DNA of 64,000 nt from Botryllus schlosseri. Its lineage: Eukaryota. The stretch covers positions 23,314,001 through 23,378,000 of the forward strand of contig CM119371.1 of NCBI GenBank assembly GCA_051294905.1, given 5' to 3'. The translations under genes and the position numbers were made by a program. This document shows positions 39,811-52,199 of the stretch, one piece after another; the first letter of the stretch is position 1, and every line of letters begins with the position of its first letter. The notes under the pieces were generated by a model that was not told the origin of the DNA, made no database searches, and saw nothing but the letters and a program-made list of their open reading frames with translations.

Positions 39811-41049
39811 GTAGTTCAAATATGGACGATGTAAGCGAAGAACATATAGTGACGTGTTTCAGCAGGATATGTATGATTTGGAAAGAAGATACTAAGGGTG
39901 GTGGAGTTGCATCATGATGGGGGATTATTTGCGGTTCATACTATCAGCAGATTTCTCAGTTTATAGACACAAATCATGCAAAGAAAACCACTTCTGAAAT
40001 TTTTTGAATTGTTTCCATCCTTTTATAATCTATGGTAGCCAACATTTGTGCATATTCCTTCTTTTTGTGAGGGTGTTTGTGCGTCCAAGAAGGAATTAAG
40101 CGAATTATTGCAGGGTAATTTTGAGTAAAACGAGAAATCAGAAAAAGTGACATTTCTCATGGACTAGGGACACTTCAAAAGATATTTTGGTATTTTAGTG
40201 ATTGGTTTGGAATAGCGAAACACAGCGCATAATAATTTCTACACAATTAAAAAGGTTTCAAAATTTTGCTACATTGTACTATCTGTGGTCCACAGTAAAG
40301 GAAGATCTCTCATTTCACAAACGCAAGTCACGCTAACAGTTGTGTTTGCAATCTTGCTTGGTGCATGAGTAAGCTATATTTGTACATATTATTATTTTCA
40401 CTGGCGTTTTAATACCTCCAATAAAGAATTATTGTGATTAATACGGAGCAATTATGCGTAATATCAAAAATTCGAGAAATTGACATTTCTGCAAAATTTG
40501 GGACACTTCAGGAAAAATTTTCGTATTTTGGTAATGAGGTTTGAATACTAAAACACAAAACATAAAGATTTTTAGCCAGCTAAAGCTTTTGCAAAATTTT
40601 GTTACATGGTGTATTTTTTATTGGGCTGCCCACTTAAATACTACGATTGAAAATCTCAAATTCTGAACATCAATAACTTAGTTCCTAATAGTTCGAGTTG
40701 AGTCAAATTCGTTGTGCATCGTTTTTGACGCAATCTAACAATTTCATGGGGTAGCCAGTAAAATTTGAAAAAAACTATATTTATTTTTATTACATATATC
40801 AAGAACTTTTTTATAGCAGTGCCACAATAGGTTGGAATTAAGCCAAAATTGGTGTGCCGCGTTTTTTAGGTAGATTAACAATTATATCAATTAGCCAGTA
40901 CAATTTGAAAGAAAAGGTCATTTTTGAACACCCCTACTGCACACAACGTACCTCGACAACAGCAAAAATTGAACCACTACTAATCGGGCCCAATTACCTG
41001 GAACCCCCGAGCTACAAGACGGACGTATAATCAGTTAATCACAAATCTA

Positions 41050-41760
41050 GTTGAGTGACTCCTGATCTTGACAGAACCGCTGAAACTGGCTGGCGCAACC
41101 CCAAGTGTTCCATGGAACACCTGTTACGAACCGCTTGCATAGTGTCTGTATTGAATGCATCACACGTTGACCCAGGTAAAACAGCTGGTAAATAACGTCG
41201 TCGAGTTTGAGTACGTATAGGTCGTATAGGACAAATGATAAATTAATGTGGCCAATCTCAAATAATTCATTAACTGCTGAAGTTGCGTGCGGCAGATTTA
41301 TTGCAGATGGCGTTTGATCAATACAGGACAATAATGTGATCCATCAACCGCCAGGCATATTCTGGGACCGATCACAATATCATATACCTGAGTTAAAGAA
41401 CGAATATCAAGAATTAAAAGAAACTATAATGACTGCATTGGCAGCTATTGCAAGCCACAAGATGATCAACATGAGTATCGGTAGATTCTAATAAGAAACA
41501 AAATACAATATTTTTTTTCTTCAATCGTGCAACTGGCAATAGCCCTTGTTATCATAAATCCTTTTATAATTTGTTATAGAAGTAAAAAAGATGATTTGAA
41601 TGGCGACACGACAACGTATTTGCAGCCAGAGAGTATCTTAATCGGAAATGAATTGAAGTAAACTTATCCATACTTGTTAACACCCGGGACCCGTCTCTAC
41701 ACTGATGTACATACGCACGGTGATAGACTTTATTAACCGAATTCTATAGGTGCTCGGCAA
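41050..41760 (+). pseudogene. Possible XK-related pseudogene
   Basis: Blocks QVFHGTP, LLQMAF, FSSIVQLAIALVII, YLQPESILIGNE parallel TIFQSIP, LMQITY, FVAGQVAIMM, YIPECFIGNE. Confidence 0.45.
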
Positions 41761-42579
41761 TATCTTGAGGCATTATTGCACCCATGTCGCTTCTTTTTAC
41801 TATTGTTTTGGGTGTAGGAAGTCATTTAGCAACGACGGTAGACCTGGCGCTTCATAATTACACTAACAAAAATCGCTGTCTAAAAAACATCGTGATTCCT
41901 TCTCGCGTTTAGCCGAAGTTGCGAACGACTGTGATATTAATGGGCTATTTATTGATCATCCTTTATGCTATGGGACTTCAGTCCCTGCCTTGTTATCAAA
42001 AAGTTTCCAGTGCGAAGCATTATGAACTTCGCAAATGAGAGGCGATGAAGTCTAAGAAATACCTTAACGTAAACAATCCCTCAAGTTAGCGATTGTCGAC
42101 TATGCCACATTATAACCGTCTGAATTCAAAGTTGCGATTGAGCTCTAACACTAATATTACCAAATCTGTGACTTCGTCGCCATATTCCAAGAAGGAAAAT
42201 AGTTTTCTAGAAAAGATATCGAAGGATATTTAGTCACTGAGGCGGGAATGCTCCTCCTCGACATAAAAGTATAGAAGTGGGATTTGCTGAAAGTTGGCAG
42301 CTACAAAATAACGATGAAAAAAATTTGCATAGCGTAAATGAACATAGTAGTCGGCAAACGCCATGAATATACCAACAACAACAACAACTTGTCAGTGACT
42401 TCTATGGAACTCCAACCAGTCCAATCAGCGTACTCCATATACTGTAACAAACTATATATCTTGTCATATAAATTCAATGAATATATCATATGTTCGAGTA
42501 CATTGCGTAAAGTCTCCTCATTGGAAAACCATATATATTTTTATACTAATATTCATCATTAGGAACATAATAATAAAAA

Positions 42580-43300
42580 GTTGATATTGCCACGAAGAAG
42601 CTCGAAACCACTGCGGTTTGTACACCAACCTACTTTTCACTGTGTGGTTAGCAATAACAACAGATCGCAGGCTGTCACTATATCACAGAAACTCGGCATA
42701 GCATAGGATGAATTATGGTAATGAAAAATGCAACGTTTTGTTTTCTTGCTTCCCTGAACCGTTTTTGCGCCATTGTATATTACAGGCAGTGCATTACCCA
42801 CAGTTTGTCTAGACACAATTCGAAACCAGCGCGCTGCTGAGGATAATTGCTTGCAACACACCAGACGTTGCAAATCGCATTGTCAACTAATTAACGGCCA
42901 ATTTCTTATTTCATGTGAATCAACTTACGTAGCTCGACGTTAAGATCTTCAGGGAAGTCGATGGATGTGCGAAACACGCGATTCTTTCGCAACGAAATGA
43001 GGTGAATTATTGCGACTCGGCTGAGGCTTAGCTTGTACAATATACAATGTACATACACGTACAGCTACAAATGTTCATAGGATGCTAATTCGCTGTTGAG
43101 TCTCACTGTTACGCAGTTTAGTGTTGGTTTTAGACATAGTGAATTCGAAGGGCCCATTTAAATCTCAAGAGTTAGACGGAGGGATGTAGAACGGATTGAC
43201 GCTGTTGGTGGCTTAGATATAGAGCGCGGCGAGAGCAAGCAGTGAAATTTCTGAAATCGTTGACCTGTGCTAGGATAGCTGTATCTGTGTAATTCTTACT
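42580..43300 (-). pseudogene. Possible XK-related pseudogene
   Basis: Minus strand SLSRVAI then AARWF (cf. CLSRAAL ... FARWF of the 57272 ORF), in the right order. Confidence 0.4.
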
Positions 43301-43306
43301 TTAGAT

Positions 43307-44477
43307 CAGGGGTGGGCAAACTACGGGCAAACAACACCGTTCTGTGCAGCCTGCGAGAGTCTAAACAAACTTTTCTTGAATATTGATAAAATGCGTACTA
43401 AACATCGAGTTAATGCAGGGACTTGATTAAACTTTTTCGTAGTATATTTCACCATGATAATTCTAAAACAGTGGTTCTCAAACTGGGAGGTACGCCCCCC
43501 TTGTAGGCGTGAAAACATCTGAAGGGGGCGCGAAGCTGAGCTCAACTGAAGAAATTTTTCGCGCACCGCGCGATTTACATCCGATTCATATTTATTTCTC
43601 TGTATGTCATCTGAATTTAATATTTCAGAATCTCTCATCCTCAGTCGTAACCTTCCATGCCATCAAACTATCCTTTTGGTTAGCTTGCATCCTGGTTGCG
43701 TTTTGTGATATGACAATAAGGGTGGCTCGAAATCTGTCACCATCATAAGGATGGGGCGTGTATTAAAAAGTATGAGAACCACTGTTCTAAGGTACATACC
43801 TCCTAATTTGTTTTTTTTTTATGTTTAATTTCTGGCGCGACAGCCCGATCTAGCGTACGCAGTTTGAAATGTTTCAACTGCTCAACATCACAGAAATCCT
43901 AAACGAGATTGACATAATTCGAAGTGCGAATGGGATTTCATATTGGCCACTCCACTTTTAATTATTCCAGTGATGTGCTTATAAAAAAGGATTCGCGCGT
44001 GTCTTAGGTAGATTCGTTCTCTATATGCGTTGACGTTCGGTATTTATATTTTATTTTCACACAGTAGAAGCGTGTTGGGAGCTATCATGGTTATGATGCT
44101 GTCCACATTGTGTGTCCTGGAACTGAACGAAAAGTGGATTTAGTAAATCTATGAACAGATCGCGGCTCACAGATTTAAATTTCAATCCTGCTCTAAGAAT
44201 CGGGACAACCGAGTTTCATCTCTATAGTTTTGACAAATTGGGTATTGAGGTCGACTAGTCTATGAAATCTCGCCACTTTGTTTCTGACGCGTGTACGATA
44301 TCATCAAAGCAATGTTTAGTTTGTTTTAAAGCACATATGTTATCTCCATGTCCTCACTATATAATGAAATACCAATATTGCATCTTAGTTTATAATCCCA
44401 ATTTTACACAGTGCGGCCCGCGAATGGATTCAGCTGTTGAAGGCGGCCCGCGAGCTCAAAGAGTTTGCCCACCCCTG
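43307..44477. mobile_element. hAT-type MITE with nested MITE (43469-43784)
   Basis: TIR CAGGGGTGGGCAAAC; TSD CTTTAGAT/TTTTAGAT; inner element CAGTGGTTCTCA...TGAGAACCACTG. Confidence 0.85.
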
Positions 44478-44691
44478 TTTTAGATGTAGGTACGCCTACA
44501 ATCCCTATAAGAATTCACACACGAGATCACGGGTTCAAATATTCTTTTCATGCAGAAATCGTAATTTCGAAATTCAATAAAATTTCTTATTCTTTTACTG
44601 CAATATCTATTTCTGACATTGATGAAAGACAGTTGTATCCTGGTGCGGGCGGCCCCGATTAATCCTCATGTTTAGTATTGTTTTCACAGTG

Positions 44692-45361
44692 TTTGAAGAG
44701 CTTCTTGGAGGTACAGAACTTCAATATACAATTAAATAGTATATTCATATTGAAATGAACCCGAATATTTTCGGCTGACACTCGTCAGGGGTAATCGTCA
44801 GCAACTAGTAGAGAATTGGAAAGAACATTGTATATCAACAATCGTATCACAAAATATGACGTCACCAGCATGAAATTTCGAATGAGAGAGCGTTCAATGT
44901 ACTATTTTTAGGTGATACACGAACTCCTTTTGTTGACAGAGTTTTGGTTGGTGTATTTTGATAAAAGTTGATTCCAAGGCGCACAAATGGAATTGTGAAC
45001 GGCCTCGACCTACGATTCGAAATCGGTCGTCTCGATAATTATTCGCACAAATCGGATTATCCAACAGATGTTTGCCGATGGCAGAATTAATTGCCTTTGA
45101 TCGATCAGCATCAATCTTAAGTGGATGAGTTAAGGGTGAGCTTTTCACATCGCGTGACGCACGTGTTCTGATAAATCTGGGGACATGTTGGTTAATGCGG
45201 TCCTGCAGACGTCTTGACGTTCTTCCCACGTAGCCACAATCACAGTGGCACCTATATTCGTACACTACATTACTTTGTTGAAGTGCAGGAAGCACGTCTT
45301 TGCGTGTTGAAGGGAGCAGTTGTGTTGTTGTAAAAATCACAGTGTTATTACGACGGGCCAT
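44692..45361 (-). mobile_element. 5'-truncated Penelope-like element (GIY-YIG endonuclease domain + 3' UTR)
   Basis: ORF 44894-45361: SNVVYEYRCHCDCGYVGRTSRRLQDRINQH...SAIGKHL...LESTFIK..PKLC, a typical PLE GIY-YIG. Confidence 0.93.
44759..44792 (-). ncRNA. Minimal type I hammerhead ribozyme motif
   Basis: Same intact motif as 35935-35968, ~100 nt after the GIY-YIG stop, on the sense strand of the element. Confidence 0.75.
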
Positions 45362-45561
45362 GGCTGTCTGCAGAATATGCCTATGTATTAAAGCTATGAT
45401 GCCGTTTGTGCTGTATAGTTGAATTTTGTAATGAACGAGGCAGTAGCATCTGAGTCAGTATTTTTCTAACTATTTTATTCGCGTAGAATTTCAAGAAGTT
45501 CACCTATGTTGTTTCATTGGTAATTTTGCGGTAGTCGTGAAGATGAAAGATGTGTCTTGCT

Positions 45562-46806
45562 TAGGGTTACCATATTTTTGTGGCACAAATTCCGGACGCT
45601 CTTCAGCGCCCACTAGCGGATTTTAGACAGGTATGAGCACATTGTCGATCAATATGACGTCACACCAGCAAAGCCTTGTCTATCCACTAGAGGTGGTCAC
45701 GATCCGGTTCACGAGTATGTGGTTGTGTGATGTAAGTTTTAACCAGGACCGAAACCACATTTTTTCAGCTCCCTACCGTCCAAATAAACACTGGTCTTGG
45801 GCCCACCGTAGGGTAATCGATGCAACTTCTGGGCACTTACTATATGCATCTGGTTTCTATATGCATCTGGTCGTTAGATGATTTCAACGAATTATGTCAA
45901 TAATATTGGTTCTTCCGTATATTACTATATAATTTTATAAAGGCAAACTACCCCCAGGTTTAGAACCACCATCTTTGAATAACCATCCAAACTGCCTAAA
46001 CCAGTGGTTTCCAACCGTTGGGAATAGAAACATTTGGTAAACATTCTATACGGGACAGTCTACATATTTACGGATACACATGCGCGATTACCATTACCAG
46101 TTACCTGCTCTAGGATGTCTGTATGGAAAATTATATTGCGTGTTGTTCACAAAAACTATTTTTAACTCTGGATAACCAATGATGGCGTCACAAACGCATC
46201 CCGCACGAACAGTATGACGTGAAAAAACGCTTCTGCAAAACCGAGAGGGTTGCCGGTATCGGTTCATAATACGTTTTATGTTGCAGTTAGAGCCGATTGT
46301 CTTGCGTGTTGGTGTGGTCGTGTGTCTTGCGTACTCAAACAAGCAAATAGCTTATCCGTAATGACAAAAGTTTCGAGTAGTGGGGAATGAAGGCTCGGAA
46401 TAAAACTGAAGTGGGGAATGAAGACCAAAAGGTCGGGAACCACTGGCCTAAACCGATTCTATGAATATACGGTTATTTTGTAATTGCGATTACAATTAGA
46501 CTTATTTTTTGAAAATGAATGGTATTTTCATTTATTTCTGATTGCAGTTTTTGCGAGGGTGGTAGGCTAGTCCCCATATCAAAACCAAAATTTGTCTTGC
46601 TAAATCGCGCCCAGCGCGAAGAAAAATCATGTAGCATAAATCAGCCCAAAAATAATCTTTTAGGTTGCTTTACGAAAAAATTATGACCTGTCTTCAAGCC
46701 TTAAAAATTCCGGACATTTAGGCATATTTTAGAAATTCCTTCCGACGCAGTTTTAATGGTGAAATTCCGGACATGTCCGGGAAATTCCGGACGTATGGCA
46801 ACCCTA
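45562..46806. mobile_element. hAT-type MITE with nested MITE (46002-46445)
   Basis: TIR TAGGGTTACCATA / TATGGCAACCCTA, perfect TSD GTCTTGCT; inner element CAGTGGTT...AACCACTG with perfect TSD GCCTAAAC. Confidence 0.9.
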
Positions 46807-47297
46807 GTCTTGCTAGTTCGAAAGTATAGCTGTCCTTCAACAACCAGCTACCAGATCTACATTTTTAAACTACTAATGGACTTTTACTTTTAATTAGGTA
46901 GAATGTTACGACGTGATGATCAATCCAAGCTCGGCTCATAAATTAAGTTTCACGGACCCCTTGAAAATACATGAGCAATCCGTGGAAGTCCGCTGACCCC
47001 GGTTGAGAACCGATGATCTATATTTTATCCGAATTCTCTGGTCTATCTTCACCGCAAGTTTAATTTACTAATCGAATCCGATATTTTCAAACGGGGTAGC
47101 ATATAGATTCGTGGTAGAGAGGGCCTCCACCTCTATGCGATAATTTAGTTTTTAGGTCTGAGCCTAGGCCGGTTTATCGGAAAGCGTACGTTTTTAGTAT
47201 TATCATATGACAAGATCTTGGACCTAGCAGTGACATTAGCGAAAATCTCATCAAATAAGTCTACCTTTTCCTAATGTAACAGGTTTTGTTCATTAAC

Positions 47298-48266
47298 ATG
47301 GATCCCTGCTTAAATTTTGCGGCTCTATTGTCCGCAATAGCCTTGATGATAACGCAGTTAGCAAGTGACACATATTGCTACTATCAATATCGGACGAGGG
47401 ACGACGTCTGGCACGCCTTTGCCAGTGTTTCCGATTTTTCTTACATCGGTTTGATACTCGGCTTCATAATAATTGCACGACTCCTCTTCAAATCAATCGA
47501 GGCAATGAACTTTCCGTGCGAATTACGCGAGTGGCAGAGAGTATTCGGGGAGCTGGTCTCTATGCTGTTGCTGCAAGCGTTGGTCGAAGTTATTCCGTTC
47601 CTGTTGATAAATAGGCACGTGGTGTCGTCACTGGCGGATGAGCAGCTACACGATTCCATTATATGTTGCGTTTCTCCTCTCTTATCGGTAGCAACCATAT
47701 TTATCGCTGTGCAAATTCCGTCTGAGATGAATAGAAAATATCAATGCCGTTACGTTCCGATGGTAACTAGATCCTTCCTATGCTTGAGTCGCCTCTGTTT
47801 ATTCACGGCGCGGCTGTCCATCGTGTATTTTGCTGTGAAGGCGGATGATACTACCTACAAAGTGTATTTCCTGATGTTGCTCGTAATGCGAGTTATACTT
47901 GGTTATACTATGGGACAATCTCTACCGACAATCTCCGATTCATTCGAGCAATGGTTCACGAACGTCAGCAGCCTTCCGCTGCTCACTGTCTACTCCATTC
48001 TCACACCAATTTTGCGGCATGATGGCAAAGACCGAAGGAGATGGAGGTTACAAATATTCGTCGCGGGTCAAGTTGCGATCATGATGATGTCTTCGGCGTT
48101 GAATTACGCGGAACACCCCGGAAAAAACAGGATCGTTCCAGGAAACAGGGAGATCCAACTTCTCAGCAGTAGTGGTTTGCTACTTCTCGGTCTTGCGCTT
48201 TATTTCGCTGAGACGTGTAAGGTGTGCCCGTTGATTCCTGTACATTCCGATTCGGAAAGTGCTTGA
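47298..48266 (+). CDS. XK-related (Xkr/CED-8-like) multipass membrane protein, ~322 aa, divergent
   Basis: Uninterrupted ORF with ~8-10 hydrophobic segments; LASDTYCYYQY (TM1), LLQALVEVIPFLL (cf. LLEAFLESAPQL), LSRLCLFTARL; colinear with the 57272 ORF. First ATG at 47298. Confidence 0.8.
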   Translation: MDPCLNFAALLSAIALMITQLASDTYCYYQYRTRDDVWHAFASVSDFSYIGLILGFIIIARLLFKSIEAMNFPCELREWQRVFGELVSMLLLQALVEVIPFLLINRHVVSSLADEQLHDSIICCVSPLLSVATIFIAVQIPSEMNRKYQCRYVPMVTRSFLCLSRLCLFTARLSIVYFAVKADDTTYKVYFLMLLVMRVILGYTMGQSLPTISDSFEQWFTNVSSLPLLTVYSILTPILRHDGKDRRRWRLQIFVAGQVAIMMMSSALNYAEHPGKNRIVPGNREIQLLSSSGLLLLGLALYFAETCKVCPLIPVHSDSESA

Positions 48267-49479
48267 ACTTTATAAATATGGGGATTTTGCTCAAATGTTT
48301 ACAGAAATGTTGTTTGCGTTCACGAAATATATAAATTATCCGCTGTCTGTTGTACGTCTTTTCAATTCTATCCTAATGTAAAACCGTGTGTGTACTGGAC
48401 AAGACACGAATTTGCCCATGCACCGGAAAGTCTACAGCAATTTGATATGTCAAAGGCAGTGTTTCTTAGTCTTTACTCACCCGCAGAGCTCTTGCGCTAA
48501 TCTGCAAGCCTTGGCAGAACTCCAAATTTTCGCAAGTAAAAAAACAATAATCGACCACAATACACACCTAATTAGACATCTCATACATTACTATAGATTT
48601 CTGAATTGCAGAATGAACTGTGCATGAATAACAAAACCATCAAAAATATGATTCCACACAAAACGAGAGCAACATAATTAGGGCTGCATTTAAAGCAAAA
48701 ATCAGTTTAGAACAAACATGTTTAAAACAGGCCCTAATTTAAAACATGTTTTTTACTGTTTTTAAGCCATGTCGTCACGAATTTTCAATTGTGACGTCAT
48801 AGTGGATTGACGTTGACAATTGAAAATAAATATAGTTCCTTTGACGAAATATCTGTACTATTAATGTTTAACCTACTGTTTTGACGGTTTCAACCATCCC
48901 ATATCGATATAAGTCGGCTATATCGGGTGGTAATGGTCCGTAGGCACATACAACATGTTTTTGGAAAGTATTTAGCTAATTATGGCATAATATTACAACA
49001 TGAAAGTGTTTCAAAACACCGTTTGTTTTAAATGCAACCCTAATTATGAACAGTATTCATTGCAAATCTGCGACTGCCATTCACCTTGTACAGCAGTATT
49101 TCCCAACCCTTTTGAATGTCGGGACTGCATGAAAACACTCGAGCAGGCTACTTACAAAGAAAAGCCAGTCAGCGTACTCTGGATCTCACCATGCAGCTAA
49201 TTCAAAAACATGTACATATGCTTCTATAGATTCTATATTGGTTATCTTAGCATTGGTATACGCATATTGGCGAGTGCTATTTATTGAAATGAATTGTGAG
49301 TCCGTATCGCTACTACACCATACTATTATGTCGTTATGTGATAGTTCTTCAGGCCTTCATTCATTTCGTACTAATATTGGACTTATTGCAATTTAAACTT
49401 AACTATGAGTCTCTTTGGGCGTTAGTAAAAGGCTATGAGAGAGGCGGTTGGGAATCACTGTTGTAAAGTGTAGGTGTTT

Positions 49480-50230
49480 GTTCGTGGTGTTTGTCGACGA
49501 CTGTGGTCATTACAACAGGCTGATATCCTTCATTTTAACTATGTACCCGCAGACTTTTAGCCTTTTTTGTAAGACACTGCTCACGCGGACAAGTTTTGCA
49601 GATATATGGATAGTGTATTGTGTACCACATCAATTTGTTCAACTTCTTGAGGCTTCGTATTCGATCCTCTATATTGCCTGATAATAACAGATCGTAGCAT
49701 GTAGCTAACTCGCTATACAGTTAATCACGCATTTTATTAGCAGTTCTACGTGTGCGTGAGCGATACAGCAGCTTTTTGCATGTACATTTAACTTTATATT
49801 CGTTATTGGATTCAAGATAAATGGCCAATTTATCTGTCGTTCAGCGAGTTTGCAAAATGTAATGACTTTGCATCATCACTCATACTTCAAAAATTCAATT
49901 TGACTTGAACCGCGACTTGACTCGTGACTTGACTTGACTCGACTCACCTCCAAAAAACGACTGACTTGACTTGACTTGACAAACCTTTGAAAATCACTTG
50001 ACTTGACTTGATTCGAGTCAAAACGTGCTAGGACTTGAGCTGACACTCGTGACTCGAAGGTAGTGACTTGACCCCAACACTGATTATAGACTTTCATGGT
50101 TTACTTTGAAATTGGCGAAAGTCGCAATGCCATAAGTGTGGCACCTTATTGATCAAAAGTAGCCTACAAGAAGCTCCATCTTAGGCTACATGCGATAGAG
50201 ATAAATAGAATTTTCGTTAGAACAATTTAG
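49480..50230 (+). pseudogene. Possible XK-related pseudogene (C-terminal part), interrupted by a GACTT-repeat MITE (~49880-50082)
   Basis: LLEASYSILY, AIQQLFA..FIF, IDFHGL parallel LLTVYSILT, AIDQLLQA..IIF, MNFVGI. Confidence 0.4.
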
Positions 50231-50311
50231 CAATATAATATCGGGTGGCAAACAATATTCGTTTTGATTTCTAAGTTCGTGTTTTTAACATGACTTCGCC
50301 TTACATGTACT

Positions 50312-51585
50312 CAGAGGTGGTCAGTAACGAAGTACTTCTACTTTTTCGAAGTACTCAAGTAGTTTTCCTCTACTTCTGATACTTACTCGAGTAGATAGAA
50401 TCTCCGCTACTTCTACTTCTACTTCGTAATATTTTGTGATCTACTTACTTACTTTTCGCTATTTTTAGTTTGTCAAGTAGAAGTAGTATAACCCATCAAT
50501 TAGAAGGAGAAACTGGGGAATTCTCGCGCTGTTTTCACGGATTTCCAACTTTCAATTTCAGAAAAAATGAAGTCAAACGCAGAATTTCCGTCGCGCTTCA
50601 CATCAAGTAGATATAGAGTTACAAATATGTTTTCACGAAAGTGAATATTATTTAGGTTGCCGGTTGAATTGCACCGGATTGTCGACCATATGACATATTT
50701 CATCACGATAAATATGGCCCATTATAACGTTTGAAACTACCGTTTCGCAATCAAGCATTTACCCATCATATCGTAATCTAGCGGCCCATGGCGCGTCCTA
50801 ATCTGGAAAAGCGGGCTCTGACTTGTTGAGCGTTAGATCTGTTTTAGCAGACCACCGTTAAAACTGTCTCGACAAAAGACATAAAATACATTTTCCGCTT
50901 TTCTGATGTAGTATTTGTAGTTCTCGTTCAATTCATAGTATCATTAATTGGAGTTCTAATTTGTTTCAGTTCTTTTATCTGGAGGACATACATGTCTAAG
51001 TTTGAAAGCAAGTGTAGCATCGCCGTCTATTTTCTTATATTACAATTACACTATATGGCATTTTTACGTTACGCCATATTTTTTTATCATCGCATACGAA
51101 TCGCGCAAAGTGTTAACATCGTATCCATACAACTTCTCCGTACTACTCTTCGACTAAACTAAAGGCCTTAATATGCGTGAGAGAACATGCCATGACATTT
51201 TCTAAAACGGAATGTTCGAGTAAACAAAAGATTATAGTATCTCATTTCCATAGCAAAACTATCATTTGCATCTCATGATTCGGTCGAATGCTCATGCGGT
51301 CGGAAATTTATACCTTGTGGGATGCATCAATATACATTGTACATGAAGCTCTATGCACCTTCCGCATATTTCAATTTCCAGCTTTTGAAAGTCCACACGA
51401 ACGTATTATGACCGTTTTCAAAACTACTTACTTACTTGAGTAAATTTAAAGCCAGCAAATTCTACTTCTATTTCAAGTAGTTTTAGGTTGCTTATGGAAG
51501 AAGTACTTCTACTTGTACTTGAGTAGATTTTGCGTCGCTACTTCTACTTCTACTTGAGTAGCTTTCTTGACTACTTTGACCACCT
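50312..51585. mobile_element. Non-autonomous DNA transposon with TACTT subterminal repeats
   Basis: Ends CAGAGGTGGTCA / TGACCACCT; repeated TACTTCTACTT at both ends; related end at ~12080-12200. Confidence 0.7.
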
Positions 51586-52199
51586 ACTTCAATAGAGGCA
51601 CCCGATAACGCGTTTCGTATCACAAAGGCAGCAATAAGTTGGGTATTTTAGGTTTACTTTTGAGCGCATGCATTTGTCGTAATTACGTTTAAGGCAAATC
51701 TTGAAGCATTTGTGGTTCCCTGGTACGTCACATTAGTTTTGAAGTTTTGCCGATTCGCAAGGTTAACGAGGTTGAGAACCAGTGGACTGCAGTTCAGTGA
51801 CTGCGCGATTCATCTCGTAGCCTAGATATGAAACGCTCATGTAGGTAACTAGGTATATAAGTCACCTACCTAACGGAAAAGTGAATCAGTCAATATCGAA
51901 CACATCAGCCTTGTGTAATATAAGTCGCTAAATAATATATATTAAATCGGAAAGGCCTGAAGACGTTTTTGTTTCAGTGGAACGTGCTGTGTGGATGCGC
52001 CATACCATGAATAGTCACTAGTCAGCTGTCGCTTCTTGTAATTTTTCGGTCATATTTTCACATTGCTTTTTGCGTGACAATCGCTAAACTTCCTGGCAGC
52101 ACATGCGTTGAAGTGACTTGGTCCTCGACGCATAAGAAACTATATCAGCCGTTTTATTGAGCACGAATATATTAACCAAATTCTTACGACTCATCATTA

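Larger units (their letters stand above)
36778..40611 (+). mobile_element. Chapaev3-like (CMC) DNA transposon remnant
   Basis: TIR CACCATGTAACAAAA / TTTTGTTACATGGTG; transposase pieces AFRDVVENFLGNKR..VNNTIETYEKM (37460-37660) and NMDDVSEEH..FQQDMYDLERRY*GWW..MMGDY (39815-39940). Family assignment from recalled motif similarity. Confidence 0.7.
35875..40936. mobile_element. Outer DNA transposon of a nested stack (same family as 61641-62152)
   Basis: Ends AGGGGTGTTCAAAAA / TTTTTGAACACCCCTA; degenerate TSD CTACACGC/CTGCACAC; termini resemble the compact copy at 61641-62152. Confidence 0.75.

Noticed and set aside
44894..45361. Host GIY-YIG nuclease gene or homing endonuclease
   Set aside because: Truncated Penelope ORF end with repeated copies of the same 3' UTR in the window.
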